Assembly: GCA_038496445.1 (NCBI GenBank) | Contig: JALMLS010000085.1 | Span: 124,001 to 188,000, forward strand | Length of the DNA stretch: 64,000 nucleotides | Direction of reading: 5' to 3' | Source of the DNA: Trichosphaerium sp. ATCC 40318 | Taxonomy: Eukaryota; Protista; Tubulinea | Shown here: positions 49,713 to 60,485 of the stretch, in pieces | How positions within the stretch are numbered: position 1 is the stretch's first letter | How the letters are laid out: every line of letters starts with the position of its first letter | Made by a program: the position numbers and the translations under genes | Notes under the pieces: generated by a model | What the model saw: only the letters and a program-made list of their open reading frames with translations | The model's database searches: none | Told to the model about the DNA's origin: nothing

Positions 49713-52433
49713 ATGGCACAAGACGCTACATCTACGCTGTCAGCTATGTTTCCAGATGCTGACCCGACACTCTTGCAAAATTTGTACGAAATACATGATC
49801 GTGACATCGGAGCTACAATAGACGCTGTTTTGGCACAAAATACAAAGAAAGAAGTTACTGATACAACGTTTATGCTTGAAAACTTTTTGGTACGTTTTTT
49901 TTTTTTTCTTATTACAGCTTACAAACGCTTAAATTTAGGTCCTTACGCCAAAATCAATCCTAAGAAAACCTTTAAAAAACTCTGTTGGTAAGTTAACTTT
50001 GATATGAGCTTAAAACGATTAAAACTAACGTAAAACAAGACTCGCCAACATTTTCGGACGTAATCTTGGTTGCCCAAGATGGTGAAGTCCACGCTCATCG
50101 GGTAATCTAAAATAACCGTTTGAACCATCTAAAACATACTGTAGGTATTATTAGATGCACGCAGTGAGTATTTTAGAGCAATGCTATCGAGTATACCTCA
50201 AACTAAAGGTAAAAATTAAAAATAGAGCAAAACGGCCTTCTAATGTATCCTAAAGGAGGTGACAAGCCTAGGCTTTCTCTGGATACCATGCCAAAAGCCT
50301 TATTACTCCTTGTTATGGAGTATCTCTACACAGACTTTGTCAGGTACCAATTTTTTTGAAGGTTTTTTGGCTTTTTCTTATTGATTCGCCTATGTCTCAC
50401 CCATGTCTCACCCTCATGTACTAGAATACCTCAGGAGTTAAAATATGATTTATTAGTTGTATCTCAGAAGTTATGTATAAAGAGATTAGTCCAAATGTGT
50501 GAAGGGGTAAAGAAGCAGCTTTTTTTCTTTTTCGTTTTTTTCTGAATAAAATTCTGGCTTTCCTTCCTTATTTGTAAAACTTATTCTATGTTCTTACAGG
50601 GAAGAGTTATGCCGTCCACATACTCAGATGATTTAGTTAAAACATTAAACAATCCAAAGAGATATCCAGGAGATATTATACTGATTGTAGAAGATAAAGA
50701 AATACATGCTCATCGTGTTGTTCTTACAGCAAGTGAGTTATATTTTTTTAACTTTATTTCTGAAAAAAATCTTACAAATTGCCTAGGCGAATACTTTAGA
50801 GCTATGTTCCTTGGTGGAATGATTGAAACATCACAAAAGACTATAGTTATACCGGACACATCTTACTCTAGCTTCTTGGTTTATCTTGACGCATTGTATG
50901 GTAACGGTAGGATACTAAAGGGAAGAATAAGTCCAGATAACGCTTTGGGTAATACAAACAATTGTTTTTCTTGTTCTTAATGGTTCGCTTAGAGGTCTTT
51001 ATTGTTGCCAATCGGTACATGTTCAATGCCTTGCAAGTGGGTTGTGAAGACATTGTGAGAAGCGCTTTAGGTAAGGACGAATGTTGGGGTTTTTGCTGAT
51101 AATATGCTAAAGATGTTGGCAATGTCTGTCAAATTTTAGAAATGACAATGAATATGTCACCTACGCTTCAAACAAAGTGTAAACAATTCATTTTCAATAA
51201 CTATAAGAAGTGTTCTCAGACTGTCGGATTTAAATCTATGGATCCTTCATTACGTGAAGAGATTGCAAAACGTTTTGAAACAGAGAATGAAGGTAAAGAT
51301 AGACTCTTTTTGATTTGTGATTTGTTTGTTTTAACAAAACGTAAAGGTGCTCTTTCCTCGTTTATGGCTATGTTCTCCAAATCCGATTATCAAGATATTG
51401 CATCAGCTATGAAAATGGAGATAAAGAGCTTTTTAACACAAAGGCTAAACGAAGTAAAGGTAAGTGGTTCAACGAAACCCAATTTCTTATTTGATTTTTG
51501 AAACAAAAACTCAAAACATTGACCTGACTTGTACTCTAGATCGATGAACAATCCGGAGAAACTGCATCTCCAGTTGGTAATATTAAATACACGATTAAGA
51601 ATCTTGTCATCACACCTCCAGGTGCGCACTTACGCTTACTATACATTACTTTTTTCTCAAAAAAATCAATAGCTGAAGGAGAGCTGGTTAATATGAAGAA
51701 CATTGTTGTTGAGTTTGGTCAAACAGAGATAACCATTAAAATTGAAAACTTGAATGTTTGTCTTAAAGAAATTGGGTTTAACTACGACAAGGAATCGTTT
51801 CCTAAAATGAAGGACGAAGTACGTCATGGCGTCGAAAAAAATTATTGAACTAATGTTCACTTACAAAGGGGTCATTGGATGCTTTTCTTGAATCAATGTC
51901 AATGTCTATTACATTTAAAATAGCATCTGCTGGACTAGGTATACCTTCATTATCATTAGGAGGTTTTGAAGTTTCTTTGGGTGCATGCAGGCTTGTATTC
52001 CAAGAATCTAGTGTACGTTTGATTTAACATGATTTTTTTTTTGATCGACTTTTTGCCAAAGATTGAGATGCTGCTGTTGCAGAAATTTCCTGTAAAAGTG
52101 AACCTCATGTATTTCAATTATCATCTCTCTTTTTAAACGTTACTTTTAGCTCAATATATTTATCAGAAACGAGTTGTTTGGGGCTTAACAAATTGATTGG
52201 GTTTTTTTAGGTTTCTTGGTTATACAATTTATTCTCAACGCTTTTTTCTGGTCAAATTAGAGTTGCTATTGAAACACAGTTACTTGCATCTCTAAGAGAT
52301 AACCTAGAAGGTAAATTTAAAAACAAACTTATTTTGTTGTTCTCTTTGTGAGGCTATAAAAAGGCTAACTTCTTTAGGTTTAACTCAGAATATAAATCAA
52401 CTAGCATACGAGTTAGCAACAGGCAATATGTGA
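49713..52433 (+). CDS. CUE-BTB-BTB-(BACK-like)-BPI/TULIP-like protein
   Basis: CUE LSAMFPDAD...IGATIDAVL; two BTB motifs (VHAHRV.L.ARSEYFRAM and IHAHRVVLTASEYFRAMFLGGMIE); C-terminal IDEQSGETASPVGNIKYTIKNL...FPKMKDEG...IETQLLASLR. Confidence 0.78.
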
Positions 52434-52767
52434 TGTACTTTTATGAAAAAATAAACCAAAAAAAAACAACTTTTTTGCTTTACACGAACATTTCCATTAC
52501 TGACTACACTTCATTTTGTAAATGACCAGCGTAAACCTCATTTTCTAATACGATTGGAGTTTCTAAGTCAGAACATGGAGCTAAAAACGTGGGTAATGAT
52601 GGGCGAGTTAAAGCGAGAGGCTAATGCATGCTGGGGTGATTTTAATAATTCATGTTGTGTAAATCTTTTTATTGTTCATTGAATGCGCTAAAAACCGTTT
52701 CTCTTCTGTTTAATATGACAGCTCCTGCGACCGCGTTGTGGCGATTGTCTCCTTTATCCAGCAGCAA

Positions 52768-52839
52768 GCCTTCGTAGCTCAATGGCAGAGCAGTGGTTTA
52801 CGAAACCAAAGGTTGTAGGTTCGACCCCTACCTGAGGCT
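52768..52839 (+). tRNA. tRNA-Arg (anticodon ACG)
   Basis: Cloverleaf with acceptor GCCTTCG/CTGAGGC, D arm GCTC/GAGC, anticodon loop TTACGAA, T arm GTAGG-TTCGACC-CCTAC; poly-T Pol III terminator just downstream. Confidence 0.88.
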
Positions 52840-53502
52840 ACCTTCTTTTTTTGACCTCATTTGTGTTTGGATCACACTTTTCTTTGACAACCAGTATTCA
52901 TCCAAATTTACTAACCCTGGAGCAAACTTGCGTGCCAACTGAACCTCTCGTTCACCGCCCACGACCCTATTAGACCAAATAAAGTTAAAACATATACTTG
53001 ATGGACGTTTTCAAAAACTGTTACTTTTGAATCTCAAACTTTGCTTCTCTATAAAAGTAAGCTGTATCACCAGGAGCTCTAGTGATTTCTCCACCTAGTT
53101 AATCCATTTAGTATCGACTACCAATTGCTTACTAATGTAGCCAAGTGAATAGTCAAATAAATCCCGCTTGATGTATCTTGTGTAGTCAATCGCTTGTCTT
53201 GACTTTGGATGTAGAGTTGCAATTCTTGTATGTTGAACAGTGATTTGTTGTAGCAAGTTAAGGAGTACTACAAAAATACATAACAAGTCTTGCTATCTTA
53301 TGACAGCAAGGCGTTTATTTTCCACTCCACAGGGAAGACACTATCCAGTACTAACACCTAGTCACACTGGCCTCCTTCTATTCACAGTAGCTTTATCAGC
53401 CTACACCAAATCTTATAAGTTTTAATGTATCAATACACTTTGCTGGAGAGTATAGTACATTTGTACAATCTGTTATTTCTTTGCTTCAAAATATACTGTG
53501 TC

Positions 53503-54132
53503 TTAAGTGATAGTTTTTGTTTGCTTGACAAGTCGTACAAGAATCTTTACACCTTCACAATTCCAACTATCCCCACAGCCATTACATAACTCATAACATC
53601 CGTCTGTGCAATCGTAACATAATGAAGGAGCTTCATGATATTCACTGTGGCATGAATAACAAGTTGTTACACATTGACGACAACATTTTTTTTTACAATA
53701 AAAACAAGTATTTGATATCTCAAGCCATTCTGTCACTGGAACTTTATCTAATTTGAAGCATTTCTCACACATTCTACCACCACAACTATGACAACCTAAA
53801 AATAGCTTAAGATCCTCATAACATTCTGCACAGTGTTTCCCGGAATTAACCAAAGCAATTAAGCCATCACACTCCTTAAATAGAAAAAAGTTGTTGGTCA
53901 AGAGTATCATTTGGTTGAAGGTAAACGAAGCTTTACTTACCTTTGTTAGTGCGCTTACAGTATGTGAAACTAATAGCAATGCTTTGTACTCTTTTTCGTT
54001 GTCCACAGGAATGTACGAGATGATTTTTAATAGGATTTCGTTAGGTAGGTCGTATTTTATATCCTCATTAGCAATAGAAGTGCTTTTTGATATTTTACTG
54101 CTTTTTATGCTTGTAGATTGCAAACTTTCCAT
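53503..54132 (-). CDS. F-box protein with C-terminal CxxC-rich zinc-binding region
   Basis: DLPNEILLKIISYI...LLVS F-box; about 7 CxxC pairs; one in-frame intron (GTAAGT..AG, ~53875-53940); 3' end uncertain. Confidence 0.78.
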   Translation of the reverse strand: MESLQSTSIKSSKISKSTSIANEDIKYDLPNEILLKIISYIPVDNEKEYKALLLVSHTVSALTKVSKASFTFNQMILLTNNFFLFKECDGLIALVNSGKHCAECYEDLKLFLGCHSCGGRMCEKCFKLDKVPVTEWLEISNTCFYCKKKCCRQCVTTCYSCHSEYHEAPSLCYDCTDGCYELCNGCGDSWNCEGVKILVRLVKQTKTIT

Positions 54133-54230
54133 TCTTTGTTACCGAGTAGAAGGTACTATTAAGCGTGGTTCCTCTCGAGTGTTATTTTGTATTAAATACA
54201 TCACTTAAAACAATTAAGGGACGCAATAAT

Positions 54231-54264
54231 GTTCGGGAATAATCCGGAACTTTTCTGAAAATCC
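54231..54264. promoter_or_regulatory. Heat-shock-element-like alternating nGAAn array upstream of the F-box gene
   Basis: TTC-gg-GAA-ta-ATC-cg-GAA-ct-TTT-ct-GAA, about 100 bp upstream of the ATG at 54132. Confidence 0.35.
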
Positions 54265-54710
54265 TGAACACTATGCTTCACACTCAAAAAACCAAACAAC
54301 CCACATAAAAGAGTCTCAACCAGCATAACTTTAATCACTCATGACGTTTTTCAAAGTCCCTTCATTAGTTTCGTTGCAAATTCAGTGCACGTGTTAGGTT
54401 TTAAGATATCTGTTTATTTAGGTTAGAAGAACGGTTGCAATCTCATGAATGATCTCATGAACTATCTCATGAAGTTGAGAATGAACTCTGAACGTGTATG
54501 TGTACGATCTTCAATGCGAATGAGGTCTTATCTCCAAATAGCGACAGAGTTGGGTTTGAATTCCACTTTGCGAACAATGAATAATTATTGTGCGAATCCT
54601 GAACGTAGAAGTAGTTGGTATACAGGTATTACTTTGAATTGGTAGAGTTTTGGCTGACAACATTAAACTAATGCAAGATGTGGCGTCTTTGTGAAAGCGA
54701 ACACTTTTCC

Positions 54711-56580
54711 TTAAGTTTTGTTTTTTTTATTTTTCTTCAGCATAGCTTTTATATGGTTATCAATCTCTAGGATTGTAGCTAAACCTTTACCCATGATAGG
54801 AAGCAACTTTTCACCATCATCAGGAAGAGGAAAATCAAGATTAACACGAATCAACTTTGCTTGGTCACCCCATTTGTCAAGTAATTTTGAGGAATGCCGA
54901 CGTAGTGTAGGTACCTAAACATAGCACAAAAACAATCAACTTTATGTATTCATAACAGAAAAAACCAAAAAACAAAACGCACTCTGTCACCACATCCAAT
55001 TTCAAGAATAACAATTTTAGCTCCTTTGTTGACTGCTGCTGTGGCTTTCTAGTTGCGTTACGTGTTAGTTATGTATAGAAATAAGGGCATCATTAATTTT
55101 AAACAAAACACTCACTGCATCCCAACCGTTGTATTGTGTTGCTCCATAAACATCTTTTATCCAAAACGCATCGCTGAACATAAGAATTCTAAGAATATTT
55201 TAAGAAAAAACAAGCCGTAGACGTTTTTTGCGGTAGACATACGATGGTCTTGCGGCTTTCCCACAATGCTTGCACCTAGTAGTGTTAAATGATTGATTTT
55301 GCATAAATGTAAAGGACAGAGAGTCCAAGAATTATGTACGTTGGTTGATTATTCCTAAACCCTTTCTTCTTTGATTCTACGGGAAAGTTATTTGCATGCA
55401 TTGTCTTCTTGTCAATCTACAAAAGCACATTTAATAATCTACTAGAATTATACTTGATGCTCTTAAAAGCGTCTTAATACGTCAGAGTACGCAAACTGTA
55501 CCTTAAATTCAAAGTCCTTTGGAGCACGCCATAGTTTTTGAGTACATTTATAGGCACACTGCCATGTCTCTGTATTACTGTTTTCATCAGCAGTTTATAT
55601 TTAAAACGCAAGGCGTATCAAAAATACTAACCCATGTATCTGATTGACTTCATATGGTTTGAATAAACCTGGTTTAAGTGTATGCGCATCAACATTGCTT
55701 GTGTAAACGAAAAAAGGTCCTTAAAAAAAAGTTACGAAAAAAATGAGAAAATAGTCAAACGACTTTGATAACACGTGCTGGCTACATTATTACCTGGTAC
55801 TTTCTGTAATGTTTTACTAGATACAGTTACTTTTCCTTCAAGCTTTAACTTTTCCATTCCTTCAATTAGACCCTATTTGAGAGTAAGTTTTTTGTTACCT
55901 CTACGCTGTGAAAAAAATATACAAGGTTTTACTTACTTCTGTTTCTTCTTTCTCCCAATAGTCATTTTGTGAGAATAATTCATCTCTCCATCTCTTGATA
56001 ATAAAATATCCTTTATGGGGAGTTGTGGCTCTATAATCATTAAAGCACTTACCCCAGAATCCGTAGAACAAACCAGGTTCTTGTTCCAGCTAAAAAAATA
56101 CAAGTTAATCATTTTCACTCTATCGGATAAACAAGCCACACAATCATACCCAAAGTGGCTGACATATATCGACATACTCCAATTCTCTGTCTTTGTATGC
56201 TTTTATGTCGGCAACATCATTGTACTACGTCATACGTTACAAAAATACTGTTTTGGGTTGTTTGTGTTTAGTTACCACTGCTAAGCCGCTATCTGCTGAG
56301 AAACCTGCGCCACATGACAAAAGAACTACAAAACAGGTTAAAAAAACTGCTATTAATGGCTACGAGCTTGCAAAGGGTTCTAGAATGAATAAAACCAGTC
56401 AATGAAGAGACTTAGTCGCTAGATAGAGCTAATCCAACTCCGAAACCCTTAGGTAGATGAAGTACGCGTACATATATCGGCTGCAAGTATTATTTTGGCT
56501 GCTTCTTTACAAAACGGCTTAAAATTCTTCTGTAACTTTTTAGCATCCTTTGGTGACGGCCTTGTGGGTTTATTTCCCAT
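54711..56580 (-). CDS. Sir2-family NAD-dependent deacylase
   Basis: CGAGFSADSG, FYGFWGKCFNDYRATTPHKGY, YTSNVDAH, IHG, C-x2-C zinc ligands and ARPxILMF, VILEIGCG, LIRVN; start MGNKPT is myristoylation-like. Confidence 0.88.
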
Positions 56581-56903
56581 GTGAAGACAAATTTATGTTT
56601 TGTTTACAGGCGTTAAGCCTGAAACTGCCATATTCAATGAATTACAGTTGTATTCGCGAATTTGCTGTTGTGTTATGTGTGGCACTGACACAATATCAAT
56701 AAAGTAATTTTAGTATAGAACTTTTCAAATGTACGCCGACAGGACAGAAAAAACCACTTTATAGCTTTGGATTTTCTCCAACCAAATTTTTCTTTTTTTT
56801 TGGTTTTTTTTTTTTACATATTGTACGGATGCGGCAATACAGGACCGTACTGACCAGCAAAATGCTAGCAATACAATTAAACACATACACACATATTATC
56901 CAA

Positions 56904-59900
56904 TCAATACATCCCGTTAGGATACATTGGATAATTTGGTGCACCGTGAGGAGGGCGATAAAATTGTTTGCCGTGAGCAGGATAAGGAGCGTATCCCATG
57001 TGATGTGCCTATTTTTAAATGAGTACAATCAATGCACATAAACTTCAACAGAAGTTGGGCCAAAATTTAGTCATAGATAACAATACAAACACTGTAAAGC
57101 GTTTGCTTTGTCAATAAAAAAAAGTTCATTCGAATTTTTTCTAAATTTCAAAAAGCTCGTGTTGTTGTTATTGTTACAACCCTTCGAATTTGAAAAAAGA
57201 ATGCTGGTAATAAAAACTATAACGTACAGGTGGTCCACGAGCGTTTTGTAGCCGTGGTGGCATACCAGGCTGGCCCATGTTAGGGTTATGATCCATATTT
57301 GGCATATGACCCATTGGCATACGTGCTGAGGCGTCCATGGCCATACGTGGTTCCATAGGCATCTGTGGTTGCATGCCATATGGTGGAGGTCCTCCTTGGA
57401 CATACATACCTAAAGTCGTGACGGTTAGAACTTTCTCCAAACGAGAATTTTCTTTAGAGTTAAAAACATACCTTCCATGTACACTGGAGCGTTTCCTCCA
57501 TAACCATTTACAGGGAAAGCAGGCATTGGATTCATCTGGTTAGGCCTTTGCTCTGCACGTTCTAAAGCCTTGATTTCCACAACCTCTTTGTAAGACTCGC
57601 GGTTTCCTGACCACCTAAAACAATTAGTGAGGATCTTTTTGGGTTATAAATATTACTCACTCTGTAGGGAAATCCTTACTATTTGGCGTTTTAGCGCTCT
57701 GTTGTCGTTTTTGAGCACCCTTACATATGAGTGTTGATACAGCATCTATACTTGCTTCACAATCGAAAAAGTGATTGTATAGAGCCTTTGCTTTGGCTGC
57801 CTTAGGCTGTGGACGTGGAGCTGTGAAGGAGAATCCCTAAAAAAAGAATATCAACAAAAAAATTTCTCAGCACGAAAACAACGAACCTGTCCAGGTGTGA
57901 ACTCCATAGCGTTGGGATTCAACTTCTTTAGTGTCAATGCCTTCTTGGAAACCTTAGCGGCTGGTGCAGCCTTCTTCTGAGCATGTCGTGAAGAGCCATT
58001 CTGCTTCTTTCCGCCAGTGTTCCTCGATGGCTTTTGTGTTCTTTTCGGTGACGATGTAGGAGATCTCTTTTCTAGGTTCTGTTGGAATTCCTTAAGCTTT
58101 TGGATATCTCCTTGCCGATCAACAGGTTGATCCAGTTTGAAGCATAAAAAATCTTCAACCACTGCGCCTACAGCGTAAAAACTTGAGTGAAAAAATTTTT
58201 GTTTTTTTCTCCCTTTTGTTTTCAGTTTTCAGTTTTTTTCGGTTTTTTTTTTGTAAACTTGGCGTTTTTAGAGCTTGTCTGTTTTTTAAAAATTGGTTTT
58301 GAGGGGTTTTGTTTGGTTGTGTTGTGATGGGGTTTTAGGGTTTTTGATAAAATAAAATTTTGCAGTAGGCGCCGGTGGATAAATTTTGAAAACATAGGAT
58401 AAATAGTCTGAACATGCACAATACGCAAGGGTGTTGAACACATCAATACGTTTTGTTTGTACAGAGGTTCAGAGGCTACGTACGCGTAGGTATCTTTGAC
58501 GCTGGATCCAAGTTGAGGTTACGGACTTGAGGAGACAACAAAGGAGAGGCAGGAGAAGGCGAGTTCCTCTACAATCATAAAATTAGCGTCAATTCTCATA
58601 ACGTCAAAAAAAAGATCACTCCTTTATCTGTAAAAGTAAACTTACAGCATCCTTTCCACCTCTATCGTTTGATTTTCGCCACGGCGCATTAGTACCTATA
58701 AATTTAAGTTAAAAAAATAATGTTCAAAAAAAAAGTGTCAAAACGTACGATCGTCACGTAAAACGGCTCCATAGCGATCTTCCTCGTCCATGTAGTCATC
58801 CTCGATTTTTTGACCACGTTCTTCAGCCATGTGAGGGTTAGTAGCGACAGTCTAGACATCGTTAGTAAAAAAAAACCTGAAATGTATAAATTTTCAAAAA
58901 CGACGAAAAAATCCGCAAATGCTCTCCAATAAAAACAAAGTTGGGTTTTCTGCACTGTGGGTTTTTTGGTCATAACATCACGTGTCAACAACGCCATTTT
59001 CAAATTATGGAAAATAAATTAAAAATAACATACGCCCTGGATTTTAGCAGCCATCCTAGAAGCATAAGCTGCTCTGGCTTCATAGTTCTCAGAACGTCTA
59101 TCAATAGGTGTAGTGTATTCGTTTTCATCAAACGTTGATTGGACGCCAAATAGCTTCCTATTCGTTTCAAACTGATCCCACCCTTTACCATAGTCCTCAT
59201 TTCTTGCGTGCAGTTATGGAAAATAAAATAGAGATACAATTAGAGGCAAAAGAAAGTCAGCAAAAAATAAATAAAACAGGGCCGTTTTGCTTCTTGATTT
59301 GGCTTTCTTCAAAAAGTAGAAGTAGGGGATACTGTTCCAAGGACATGTTGGTATCATCGCCACCATCCCAAGCTTGTAGCTCTCGCTCACGAGATTTATT
59401 TGAAGATATCTGTGTATCTGTTTTAAATCCGCTACGAGTAACGTTAGTGGATGCACACGACAAACTGTCGATTTCCTTTTCGTAAAAAAGGTAAACAAGA
59501 ATTGCTGAAAATCGTTATTTCTGTTTTTCGTGAACGTGCAGTATCTATAATCGCGTAAAACGATCGTAAGAGTATCTCACGGCGTGTTAGACGTATATAG
59601 CGTAGAGTACTGCTAAAATTAATCGGTTGTAAAAAAGGTACAACGAAAAACGCAATTGTGAAGCTGTGATTGATTAGGAAGTAAATTTAGGCGTACAATA
59701 AGCCGAAAAGCGATTGTAAAAGATAATTTTGTGGTATGTAAATTAGTAGTCCCGAATATTTACCTTTCGCGATTAGATGAGCCAAGAGGATGGTTGGTTT
59801 CAAGAGTTACAAAGTCGTCGTCTGAAATAAAGAGAATTTTTTCAGGTGGCGTAGACGTGTCCCCCTTTAGGTGTGCATCCCTTGAGTAATGTAAGAAGCG

Positions 59901-60297
59901 CTTTATACAATGTAATAATATGTGACGCAAGCTTCTCGTTTTGATCGTTTTGTCAATGTACTGTACCTAAGAGATATACCCAAGCCTCCGTTTTTGGGTT
60001 TACAACTGTTAAAGATGCCTTCCCACTCTTTGCCCCCTTTGACCCTCACTACTACAGGAGCGCCCTACATATATTGTTTATATACAAATTACGCAGCCAA
60101 TGGAGGCCTATACTAACCACGAGGTTCATCGCGACGGGAAGCAGCCCATCCAAGTCCATCTTCTCTTTACCGCCAGTGTTATCACTCTTGCGGCCTTTGG
60201 ACCTTTTCTCATGTAAGCACAAATACGAATTAATGTCGTGTAACCTTGTGGGTTTAGAGGACCGTCTGCCACCTCGCGTTCTCCACTCCTTGCTCAT
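56904..60297 (-). CDS. ATXN2: Ataxin-2/Pbp1 homolog
   Basis: LSm motif VVRVKGGKEWEGIF; LsmAD motifs FKTDTQIS, RERELQAW and WDQFETNRKLFGVQSTFDENEYTT; PAM2 KKLNPNAMEFTP; Pro/Met/Tyr-rich tail. Confidence 0.9.
59203..59332 (-). other. Probable U12-type GT-AG intron in ataxin-2 LsmAD
   Basis: Donor GTATCCCCT; branch-like TTCCATAAC ends 10 nt before the 3' boundary; frame preserved (SLEQNEDYGKGWDQF). Confidence 0.6.
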
Positions 60298-60485
60298 ACG
60301 AGGTAGCTGAAACTAATGACAGCTTTTTCAACGGCGTTCACTCATTTTTTTTTTTTGAGTACAAGATTTTTGTAGAGGTAACATATTAACTCTCCAGTGA
60401 TGTATTGGATCTTGGTTGGCTTAGTTGGCCTAGTAGTCATAGTTTACTACGCTATGGTAGCCGTAATATTTTGGTTTTATTTTAG

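Noticed and set aside
52480-53430. Gene fragments flanking the tRNA
   Set aside because: Stops in the frames tried and no recognisable domain
58276-58345. Telomere-like GGGGTTTT/TTAGGG runs
   Set aside because: Irregular low-complexity intron sequence, not tandem
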